Positions 1-7,922 of a DNA stretch of 64,000 bases are shown here, piece by piece. How positions within the stretch are numbered: the first letter of the stretch is position 1; each line of letters begins with the position of its first letter. The translations under genes were made by a program, and so were the position numbers. The notes under the pieces are model-generated. The model saw only the letters and a program-made list of their open reading frames with translations. It was not told the origin of the DNA and did no database searches. Source of the DNA: Patescibacteria group bacterium (GTDB taxonomy: Bacteria; Omnitrophota; Gorgyraeia; Gygaellales; Profunditerraquicolaceae); the NCBI GenBank assembly GCA_035506195.1, contig DATJPV010000030.1, forward strand, positions 22,662 to 86,661. Reading direction: 5' to 3'.

Positions 1-460
1 CGACCCGGCAACAGACCAGTGGCCCGTTGAACGGGATATCCGAAATGGATAAAGCCGCTGACGCTCCGTTAACCGCCAGGATATCCGGGTCGTTCTCTCC
101 GTCGCTGGAGAGTACGATCGCCATAACCTGGACTTCATTAAAAAGCCCCTTGGGGAACAGGGGACGGATAGGCCTGTCAATAAGACGCGCGGTCAAGATC
201 TCGCTCTCGGAAGGCCTGCCTTCCCTCTTGAAGAAGCCGCCGGGGATCCTTCCTGCCGCATACGTTTTTTCCTGGTACTCGACGGTCAAAGGGAAAAAAC
301 CCTGCCCTTCCCGCGGTTCCTTGGACATACAGGCGGTCACCAGGACAACGGTCCCTCCGTATTGGATGGTAACCGAGCCATTCGCCTGCCTGGCAATCTT
401 GCCGGTCTCAAATACCAAATCTTCTTTTCCGAATTTTGTTTTCATCGAACAACTTTGCAT
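1..460 (-). CDS. pnp: Polyribonucleotide nucleotidyltransferase, N-terminal part (runs off the window start)
   Basis: Manual minus-strand translation from ATG at 460: [43 protein letters not shown]...[51 protein letters not shown]-like AGGTGG upstream; lies downstream of rpsO as is typical. Not in the ORF track because it is truncated. Confidence 0.97.
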   Translation of the reverse strand, partial: MQSCSMKTKFGKEDLVFETGKIARQANGSVTIQYGGTVVLVTACMSKEPREGQGFFPLTVEYQEKTYAAGRIPGGFFKREGRPSESEILTARLIDRPIRPLFPKGLFNEVQVMAIVLSSDGENDPDILAVNGASAALSISDIPFNGPLVCCRV

Positions 461-489
461 ATATCCACCTTTTGTAGACGAAGAAGGCC

Positions 490-759
490 TTACTTTCTCA
501 AGTTAAGCTTCTCTAATACTTCTTCGTATTTTTTAATGTCTTTTTTCTTGAGATAGCTCAACAGCCTGCGCCGCCTACCTACAAGAGTCAGCAGCCCGCG
601 ACGGGAATGATGATCCTTCTTATGGGCCTTAAAATGGTCTCCCAGGGCGTTGATCCTGCCAGTGAGAAGCGCAATTTGAACTTCAGCTGACCCCGTATCT
701 CGGGAGTGCACTTTGAACGTATCAATAAGATCTTTTTTCTTTTCTTTGACGATAACCAA
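490..759 (-). CDS. rpsO: 30S ribosomal protein S15
   Basis: [13 protein letters not shown]...[23 protein letters not shown] motifs. Start set at TTG 759 after GAGGAGGTG, giving 89 aa. Confidence 0.97.
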   Translation of the reverse strand: MVIVKEKKKDLIDTFKVHSRDTGSAEVQIALLTGRINALGDHFKAHKKDHHSRRGLLTLVGRRRRLLSYLKKKDIKKYEEVLEKLNLRK

Positions 760-792
760 CTTCTTCACCTCCTCTTCTTTCTTTAAACAAGT

Positions 793-821
793 ATTATACG
801 CTACTTTACACCGCAAGTCAA
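793..821 (-). promoter_or_regulatory. Sigma70-type promoter (proximal) for rpsO-pnp
   Basis: TTGACT-17 nt-TATAAT on the minus strand. Confidence 0.8.
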
Positions 822-910
822 TATATTCGTATGAGTAATGAAACCCGTTCCAGTCTACACCCGGGATACTGCGGACGCAATGGCGGGAAGAACCGCGGAA
901 AGGTTACTTT

Positions 911-938
911 ATTATACCACTCTATATTGCCTTGTCAA
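911..938 (-). promoter_or_regulatory. Sigma70-type promoter (distal) upstream of rpsO
   Basis: TTGACA-16 nt-TATAAT with extended -10 TG; overlaps the stop codon of the M48 gene. Confidence 0.75.
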
Positions 939-1708
939 TGCCTGTCTTGAGCCTGGTTCAACGCGGGGATATAGCCCCGGATGGCTTTGATGCGGTCATC
1001 TACATAAGGATGCGTCCGAAAATAGCTCAGGCCCTGCTTTTGTTCGCTTTCGCTTTGCTTAAGTTTCTGGAGGGCGGATAACGCGGCATTCGGGTCGAAA
1101 CCCGCCTTCCACGCATACTTAACGCCTAACGTATCGGCCGCATATTCGTCATCCCGGCTGTATTTCAACTGCACCAGGTTATACACCGTATGTGCGCCTT
1201 GCGCGATAACCCCGGCGCTGTCCCCGGCCCGATTGCCCATGCCCGTAAACGCAAGCGTCATAAGCACCTGATATGCCATATTTGCCTGGAGCTTTTTGAC
1301 GATGTGCCGTGCGGCCATATGAGCTGCCTCATGCCCCAAGACATACGCAATCTCATCGTCACTAAGGATATCTACCAGGCCTTTGTTGATATAGATGAAA
1401 CCGCCCGGCAGGGTGACGGCGTTGAGCTCTTTGTCGGTTACGACGGTAAACGTGTAGCCGATATCCTGCCGGTCGCAGACCTGCGCGATACGGCTGCCTA
1501 TCCGCTTGATCCGCTCCTGGAGGCGGGGGTCGTCTACGGCAGGATGCTGCTGGAGCATCCCGGCGGAGACGTTTTTGCCGATCAAGGATTCCGTGGCGCT
1601 ATTGATGAAGATGAATTCCTGCTTTTCGGTGGCGGGATTATATACCGTTACGCATCCGGACAGAAGTACCAGGGATACTATGCAGGAAAAAGAGCCCCAT
1701 ACCCTCAT
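935..1708 (-). CDS. M48 family Zn-metallopeptidase, predicted lipoprotein (LoiP/BepA-like)
   Basis: Lipobox LLSGC; ELNAVTLPGG; HEAAH; YSRDDEYAAD; RTHP. Confidence 0.9.
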   Translation of the reverse strand: MRVWGSFSCIVSLVLLSGCVTVYNPATEKQEFIFINSATESLIGKNVSAGMLQQHPAVDDPRLQERIKRIGSRIAQVCDRQDIGYTFTVVTDKELNAVTLPGGFIYINKGLVDILSDDEIAYVLGHEAAHMAARHIVKKLQANMAYQVLMTLAFTGMGNRAGDSAGVIAQGAHTVYNLVQLKYSRDDEYAADTLGVKYAWKAGFDPNAALSALQKLKQSESEQKQGLSYFRTHPYVDDRIKAIRGYIPALNQAQDRH

Positions 1709-2211
1709 TGCTTGTGGATAACGATCTTATCGGCGGTGATCTTTGAATTTGGCATGATCACGGTTTTTTTCTCCGGGCTGATCAAGATGGTACTGAAGAT
1801 CTGGATCTCATGCACCGTCCCCAAGGCACCGCCTACCTCCACTATATCTCCTACCTTAAAGGGTTGAAAAAGGATGATCAGGACACCGGCGGCAAAATTC
1901 GCCAGAGACCCCTGCAGGGCAAGGCCGACTGCCAGGCCTGCGGCGCCCAAAATAGCGATAAACGAGGTTGTCTGCACGCCCAACTTGTCTAAAGCCGCCA
2001 CCCCCGCAAACGCCACGATCGCGAAATATACGATATTTTTCGTAAAGACCGCCAGGGTCTTGTTCACCTTTGATTTGAGCATCGCCTTTTCGCAGAGACG
2101 GGCGACGAGCCGTGCTATCCATCTACCGATAATAAAGATCAGTACCGCGGCCAGAATATTAAGCCCATATTGGATCGCGTAGCCGTACAACGTCTGTAAT
2201 GTTGCTTGCAT
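1705..2211 (-). CDS. Short MscS-family mechanosensitive channel
   Basis: Three TM segments; TM3 signature GAAGLAVGLALQGSLANFAAG; PFKVGD-x-VEV beta domain. Confidence 0.9.
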   Translation of the reverse strand: MQATLQTLYGYAIQYGLNILAAVLIFIIGRWIARLVARLCEKAMLKSKVNKTLAVFTKNIVYFAIVAFAGVAALDKLGVQTTSFIAILGAAGLAVGLALQGSLANFAAGVLIILFQPFKVGDIVEVGGALGTVHEIQIFSTILISPEKKTVIMPNSKITADKIVIHKQ

Positions 2212-2242
2212 CGTTGCCTATCCTCCTTCTTTTAACAACCTG

Positions 2243-2929
2243 CTATTTGGTTCTTACCTTCAATTTTTTCTTAAGGTTCGCTATTTCCACGCTTAATTTC
2301 TCTATGCTTTGCCGGCAATGGGCCTCGCTTTCCCGCAGGGCCTGCTCGGTCTTCTTGCGCTCCCCTATTTCTTTCCATAGCTCTTCATTGGCTTTCGCAA
2401 GCTCCGCGGTCCTGACCTTTACGCGTATCGCCAGCTCCGCGCGAGAATTACGCAGGACCTCTTCCACCTTTTTGCGTTCGGTGATATCCCTGGCAATACC
2501 GGTTGTGCCGATCACTTCGCTTTTCTCGTTAAAAATGGGCGTCTTGACGGTTTCAATCCACCTGACCTTTCCTTCCTTGTCTGCCAGCGGCTCTTCGACC
2601 TGTTTGCGCTGCCCTGATTCCATGACCTCGCGGTCATCAAAGCGATAACGCTCTGCCAGTTCGTGCGGCCAAATATCCAAATCGGTTTTACCTGTCAGGT
2701 CTTCAGGCTTGACCCCGCAAGACCGGCCAAAGGCATCATTGACGGCAATGAACCTGCTCTCTTTATCCTTCAGCCAGGCGATATCCGGGATATTGTTCAG
2801 TATCGCCTGCTGATGAAGCTGGCTTCTGCGCAGCGCCGCTTCGGTATGCTTGTGCCTTGCCTCTGACTTCTCCAGCTTTGTGATACGTTCCTGCAGCAAG
2901 GCGACTTCTTCTACGAGTTTGCGTTCCAT
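2243..2929 (-). CDS. PAS/PAC domain protein with flanking coiled coils and no output domain
   Basis: AILNNIPDIAWLKDKESRFIAVN...GKTDLD...WIETVKTPIFNEKSEVIGTTGIARDITERK. Confidence 0.88.
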   Translation of the reverse strand: MERKLVEEVALLQERITKLEKSEARHKHTEAALRRSQLHQQAILNNIPDIAWLKDKESRFIAVNDAFGRSCGVKPEDLTGKTDLDIWPHELAERYRFDDREVMESGQRKQVEEPLADKEGKVRWIETVKTPIFNEKSEVIGTTGIARDITERKKVEEVLRNSRAELAIRVKVRTAELAKANEELWKEIGERKKTEQALRESEAHCRQSIEKLSVEIANLKKKLKVRTK

Positions 2930-2948
2930 CTGGCACCATCCTACACGT

Positions 2949-2977
2949 ATTATACTGCCGGTTTATGGCTTCAACAA
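2949..2977 (-). promoter_or_regulatory. Putative sigma70 promoter for PAS-mscS-M48
   Basis: TTGTTG-17 nt-TATAAT. Confidence 0.55.
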
Positions 2978-3013
2978 TAATAAAAACGAGGCATCCCGCA
3001 GCATACAATACCG

Positions 3014-5923
3014 TTACCGGATGATCGCAAAAGGGCATATCTGGTTGTAGGCGCAGTACCTGCAGGCCATATAGGCAGGCGCTGCGGAGAAATCCCTTTG
3101 TCTGATGCCGGCGGCAACTTCACGAATGCTCTCCCGTGCCTTCTCCAGGTCCTTTGCCTGTATGTCGTGGTTGCCGATGATGCCGGATTCCAGAAAATAC
3201 AGCCCGACGCGTTTCGGCAGGACCCCGAAGATGCTTTCATACGCCAGCGCATATAAGGCAAGCTGAAGGCTCTCCTTGACCCGCTTATCCGCATCCTTCT
3301 GCTCCTTGATTTCCGAGGTCTTAAAATCCATGATCACTGTGCCGTCTTCTTCCTGGTCAACCCTATCGAACCGGCCGGTGATCCTGGTATGCTCAAACAC
3401 AAACGAAAAATCCTTCTCAATGAACTGCGGGCGGGAATCCCGCGCCTGTTCTTCATTAAAGAACCTGACCAGGGCTTCTTGGCCGACCCGTAGCCGCTCC
3501 TGCTGGTGTTTCGCGTCAAGGAATCCTTCGGGGTCGAAACTGTTACGGAACGCCTGCAGGAGATCCGCCAGGGACGGCTTTTCACCCGCGCACTTGTGCT
3601 GAAAATAGCTGCTTACCGCCTCATGCATTGCCCGGCCGTAAATAACGGTGTGGTGTTCCATGATCGGCACGCGCAGGATATTGACATACTTGTATTTCAG
3701 AGGGCACGTCAGGTAATCGTCGATCTGGTAATAGCTCAACGTCAACAGCTTATCCGCGGGCATCTCTTCAATTGCCGCCGGGGACGAGCCTTTTTGCGGC
3801 GCAAAACGTTCGATAGCCTCCAGGGCGCTCGATGCCTGCTTTTGCGGCTGCGCAGACTCCTGCCCCAGGGCCTCTGCCACAAACTGGCTGACGCGGCGCA
3901 TACGGCTGCCGCCGTAATCGGAAGCGCTGGTAAAATATAACTCCTCTTTGGAGCGCGTCATACCCACATAAAAAAGCCTGCGCTCCTCCTGGATATGAAA
4001 ATCCCCCTCCGGCAGGATCTCCTTGATCAGGGCATCCGGCAGCTCGATAGGCTGGCTGCGGCGCGGCCAGGGAAAACGGCCGCTTACCAGGGTCACCAGG
4101 AATACCACCCGGAATTCCAGCCCCTTGGCCTTATGGATGGTCAAGACATTGACGGCGTCGGTATCCACATCCGCTTCCACCGTAGAGGGGTCGTCTCCGG
4201 CTTCGATGAGCAGGTCGAGATAATTGACAAAGCTGATCACCCGGTCTTCTTTGGCGACCAGCTCGAAATTACGCACAATGGCAAAGAACTTTGCCAGATT
4301 CTGGATCTTTTCTTCATTCTCGGCACTTGCCTGATGCACGAGTTTCTTCAAAAAACCCGTTTCGGTCAAGAAACCGTAGAGAAGCTTGCCGGTTGTCTGG
4401 TCACGGGAGACCTTCAGGAATTTCTCCGTCTCATCCAGGAAACGCTTGATCTTTTCCCGGTCCTCCTGGCTGACCTGCTCCAGCTCCGGGATGCCGTCAA
4501 GGGCCGCAAGGACCGAATGCAGCGATCTGTTCCGGCGCTTGGCATAATGATTACAGAGGCTTAACACGGCCAGATCCAAACCGTATATCTCGGAACTCAC
4601 CAGATAATACAGGCTCAGGGAATCCGACAGATTAGCCATCAGCCTCAAAAAATTGATGCACAGCTTGACTTCCTGGCGCGCATAGAGGCCCTGATTACCG
4701 CTGAACTGCCATGGGATGCCCTGCATGTTCAGGGCCTGCAGGAACGCCTGGGCGTCGGAATTCGAACGCACCAGGATCGCAAAGTCGCGGTACTTGAAAG
4801 TTCCCGCAGCGACTTTTTCCTTGATGATCGCGGCAACGCGGTCGGCTTCGGTGGAGCTGGTGTCAAAATGCAGGTGCTGCGGCAGACTTGCTTCCTTATG
4901 CAGGCCCAGGAGCCGCTTATCGATGTGCGCCTTGACCTCAAAACGCTCGGGATTATTATGCTGGATAAGCCGGTAAGCGCTATCGAGGATCTGCTGGGTG
5001 GAGCGGTAGTTTTGAACGATGCTTACCTTCCGGGCATCGGGAAAATCATCGATGAAATTCAGGAGATTCGAGTATGCCGCCCCTCGGAAACGATAGATAC
5101 ACTGATCGTCGTCCCCGGTAACGGTAATGTTGCGCCTGTCGCCGGCAAGCAGTTTCGCCAGCTGATACTGCGTGAAATTGGTATCCTGGAATTCGTCAAT
5201 CAGGATATACTTGAACTGCTCCTGGTACCTTTTTAATACCAGCGGGTGCTGGCGCAAAAGCTGCAGGGCCAAATAAAATTGATTCCCGAAATCAACAAGC
5301 CCTTCTTTGGCCAGTAATTCCTGGTACCGGGCATAGGCCCGGCTAACCTCCTCTTGCTGCACAGCCTCTTCTTGCAAGGCCTTGTCTTCGGGGTTATCTT
5401 TGGAGCGCGCCACCGCGTCTTGGGCCAGTTTCATATATTCCTGAGGCGATACATCCTCATCCTTGGCCCGGCTGAACAAAGACAGCAAAGCCTCAATAAA
5501 GCGCGTAGGGTCTGCCAACGGCCGGTAATACGCAAGATCGAATTCAAAGAGGTGTTCGCGGAAGAACACTGCGCTCTCCGGCCGGGTCAGAACCTTGAAA
5601 TCAGGGTTGAGGCCGGCGATGAGGGCATTTTCCCGCAAGAGCCGATCGCCGAAGGCATGAAATGTCGAGACCCAGATGTCGGTATAGCCGTAGGGCATCA
5701 GGATATCGACCCGCTCAAGCATCTGGCGGGCAGCCTTGTCGGTAAAAGTAAGCGCTAAGATCTCATTGGGTTTGCACAGGCCTTCGGACAACAGCCAGGC
5801 GATCCGGCGGGTGATGACGGTAGTCTTACCGGTGCCGGCTCCTGCAATAATAAGGAGCGGGCCCTGAGGGTGGGTAACTGCCTGTCGCTGCAGCGGATTG
5901 AGACCTTCTAATATGGGTTCCAT
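3014..5923 (-). CDS. UvrD/PcrA-family (SF1A) ATP-dependent DNA helicase fused to a C-terminal PD-(D/E)XK RecB-like nuclease with four Fe-S cysteines
   Basis: Helicase motifs LNPLQ, AGAGTGKT, IDEFQDT, GDDDQCIYRFRGA, TIHKAKGLEF, EERRLFYVGMTR. Nuclease motifs YLTCPLKY, GRFDRVD, MDFKT, QLALY, CRYCAYNQIC. Confidence 0.92.
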   Translation of the reverse strand: MEPILEGLNPLQRQAVTHPQGPLLIIAGAGTGKTTVITRRIAWLLSEGLCKPNEILALTFTDKAARQMLERVDILMPYGYTDIWVSTFHAFGDRLLRENALIAGLNPDFKVLTRPESAVFFREHLFEFDLAYYRPLADPTRFIEALLSLFSRAKDEDVSPQEYMKLAQDAVARSKDNPEDKALQEEAVQQEEVSRAYARYQELLAKEGLVDFGNQFYLALQLLRQHPLVLKRYQEQFKYILIDEFQDTNFTQYQLAKLLAGDRRNITVTGDDDQCIYRFRGAAYSNLLNFIDDFPDARKVSIVQNYRSTQQILDSAYRLIQHNNPERFEVKAHIDKRLLGLHKEASLPQHLHFDTSSTEADRVAAIIKEKVAAGTFKYRDFAILVRSNSDAQAFLQALNMQGIPWQFSGNQGLYARQEVKLCINFLRLMANLSDSLSLYYLVSSEIYGLDLAVLSLCNHYAKRRNRSLHSVLAALDGIPELEQVSQEDREKIKRFLDETEKFLKVSRDQTTGKLLYGFLTETGFLKKLVHQASAENEEKIQNLAKFFAIVRNFELVAKEDRVISFVNYLDLLIEAGDDPSTVEADVDTDAVNVLTIHKAKGLEFRVVFLVTLVSGRFPWPRRSQPIELPDALIKEILPEGDFHIQEERRLFYVGMTRSKEELYFTSASDYGGSRMRRVSQFVAEALGQESAQPQKQASSALEAIERFAPQKGSSPAAIEEMPADKLLTLSYYQIDDYLTCPLKYKYVNILRVPIMEHHTVIYGRAMHEAVSSYFQHKCAGEKPSLADLLQAFRNSFDPEGFLDAKHQQERLRVGQEALVRFFNEEQARDSRPQFIEKDFSFVFEHTRITGRFDRVDQEEDGTVIMDFKTSEIKEQKDADKRVKESLQLALYALAYESIFGVLPKRVGLYFLESGIIGNHDIQAKDLEKARESIREVAAGIRQRDFSAAPAYMACRYCAYNQICPFAIIR

Positions 5924-5947
5924 GCTGATATTTTACTACATTTTACC

Positions 5948-5975
5948 TTGACAAGACTTGATTTTCAAGTATACT
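5948..5975 (+). promoter_or_regulatory. Sigma70 promoter for rpmB, overlapping a divergent minus-strand promoter for the helicase-nuclease
   Basis: Plus strand TTGACA-16-TATACT; minus strand TTGAAA-17-TAAAAT within the same 78-bp intergenic region. Confidence 0.65.
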
Positions 5976-6001
5976 TAAGAGTCCAAAGGAGCTTAGAAAT
6001 C

Positions 6002-6229
6002 ATGTATAAAGTCTGTGCGTTATGCGGAAAAAGACCCTTAGCGGGAAAACTCGTAGTCAGGAAAGGTCAATATAAGAAAAAAGGCGGTACAGGCAGCAAG
6101 ATCGCCCGTGTGAGCATGCGTAAGTTTCTGCCTAATCTTCAGAAGATGCGCATCCTTATTGAAGGCCATCCCCGCAGAGTCTATGTCTGCGCCAAATGCA
6201 TCAAAAAAGGCACTATCAACAGGGCCTGA
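6002..6229 (+). CDS. rpmB: 50S ribosomal protein L28 (Zn-ribbon, PVC-type)
   Basis: MYKVCALCGK...RKGQYKKKGGTG...RKFLPNLQ...VCAKCIK; AAGGAG SD before ATG 6002. Confidence 0.95.
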   Translation: MYKVCALCGKRPLAGKLVVRKGQYKKKGGTGSKIARVSMRKFLPNLQKMRILIEGHPRRVYVCAKCIKKGTINRA

Positions 6230-6231
6230 TC

Positions 6232-7920
6232 CTACCGGAAAAAAATATCCCTGGCTTCTAATATCACGCTCGCCTGACCATTCCAATTATCCAGCTGCGG
6301 CGTATATACCAGATCAAGGTAATCGGCGTTGATCAGGCTTTCCCGGAGGCTTGCCATGCCGAACCCTATGGCCTGATGCGTAATCCTGCCGTCAGTGACC
6401 CAGAATTTCAACGTCTCCCGAGATAGCTGTAAAGGCTCGCCTTTAAGTTTAAGGTTGCGGGTGAGAAAAAGCGGCTCCGGATTACCCGCCCCAAACGGCT
6501 CCAAGAGCTCTATTTCTGCGATGACTTTTTCGGTTATCTCTCCCAGGCCCGCCTCAATATCGATATCAAGGCTCGGCAGTAGGTCTTCAAAACGCAATTT
6601 TTCCCTGGCCAGATCATTGATCTTGGCTTTGAAATCTGCCACGCTGCCTCTGGCAATCACCAGGCCTACGGCATGGCTGTGCCCGCCGAAGGTGGTCAAC
6701 AAGTCTTTGCATTCCGACAGGGTATGAAATAAATGGAAATTCTTGATCGACCTGCCTGACCCCTTACAGAGGTCTTCGGTCAACGATATCAGGATGGTCG
6801 GACGGTAAAATCTATCCGCCAGCTTTGAAGCCACTACCCCTAATACGCCCTGATGCCAGCCCTCCTTGGCGATCACGATGACCTTATGCTCCTTGAAATT
6901 AATCTCTTGATCGATCAATTCCTGGGCCTCCTCCATGATCTGGCCTTCTATTTTCTGGCGCTGGCGGTTATACGCCTCGATTATCTTGGCAAACCCTTCT
7001 GCTTCCTGCCTAGCTTCGCTCAATAACAGGTTCAAAGCCACTTCGGCAGTAGCCATCCTGCCGCTGGCGTTGATCCGCGGACCCAGAATGTAACTTACGA
7101 AAGTAGCGGTCATCTTTTTGTTGCGGATGCCGCTGGTTTCCATGAGCGCCTGAAGCCCGATCTTTTCCGTCCTCCCCAGTTGTAAGAGCCCCTCCTTGGC
7201 GATGATGCGGTTTTCCCCGGTAAGGGGCACGACATCCGCGATGGTCCCCAGGGCGACCAGATCCAGGTCTTCGGTCAAAGGCGTGCCGGTAAGCGCCTGG
7301 CAAAGCTTGTACGCTACCCCCACTCCTGCCAGTTCCCTGTAGGGGTATCCGCAGGAACCAACCTTGGGGTTAATGATTGCCGAAGCAGGCGGAAGGTCGT
7401 GGCTTGACGGTTCGTGATGGTCGGTAATAACGACTTCGATGCCATGGCGCCGCAGCTGCCTGATTTCTTCGATGCTGTTGGTACCGCAGTCAACGGTGAC
7501 CAGCAGTTTTATCCCCTTGGCCCGGGCGATCTGCAGCGTATTTTTGTTCAAGCCGTAACCTTCCTTGAGCCGGTGCGGCAGGTGGTGCAGGGCCTGAATG
7601 CCCAGCTTTGCCAATGTATTTTTAAGGAGGGTCAGCGCGGTAATACCGTCGACGTCATAATCCCCGAAGATCATGACCCGCTGCTTGGCCTTGGCGGCCT
7701 GCCTGATCTGGTTGACGGCCTCTTGCATGTCCGAGAACTGATACGGGTCATGCAGGTCGCCGAGATCGGTCTTTAGGAATTTTTCCGCTTCCCCGGCGCC
7801 GGTGACCCCGCGGTTGATAAGTATTTGGGCCAGGATCCTGGAAACAGACAGTTCTTTGGAAAAAAGATTCTGGAGAGCGCTATTGGCGGGAGTGATGTTC
7901 AGTATCTTATGAGAACGCAT
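6232..7920 (-). CDS. recJ: Single-stranded-DNA-specific exonuclease RecJ
   Basis: GDYDVDG, TVDCG, TDHH, GPRINASGR, GSGRS, FGGH, LEPFGAGNP. Confidence 0.96.
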   Translation of the reverse strand: MRSHKILNITPANSALQNLFSKELSVSRILAQILINRGVTGAGEAEKFLKTDLGDLHDPYQFSDMQEAVNQIRQAAKAKQRVMIFGDYDVDGITALTLLKNTLAKLGIQALHHLPHRLKEGYGLNKNTLQIARAKGIKLLVTVDCGTNSIEEIRQLRRHGIEVVITDHHEPSSHDLPPASAIINPKVGSCGYPYRELAGVGVAYKLCQALTGTPLTEDLDLVALGTIADVVPLTGENRIIAKEGLLQLGRTEKIGLQALMETSGIRNKKMTATFVSYILGPRINASGRMATAEVALNLLLSEARQEAEGFAKIIEAYNRQRQKIEGQIMEEAQELIDQEINFKEHKVIVIAKEGWHQGVLGVVASKLADRFYRPTILISLTEDLCKGSGRSIKNFHLFHTLSECKDLLTTFGGHSHAVGLVIARGSVADFKAKINDLAREKLRFEDLLPSLDIDIEAGLGEITEKVIAEIELLEPFGAGNPEPLFLTRNLKLKGEPLQLSRETLKFWVTDGRITHQAIGFGMASLRESLINADYLDLVYTPQLDNWNGQASVILEARDIFFR

Positions 7921-7922
7921 TA

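Noticed and set aside
27-506. 159-aa plus-strand ORF
   Set aside because: Antisense to pnp, which the ORF track missed because it is truncated at the window edge.
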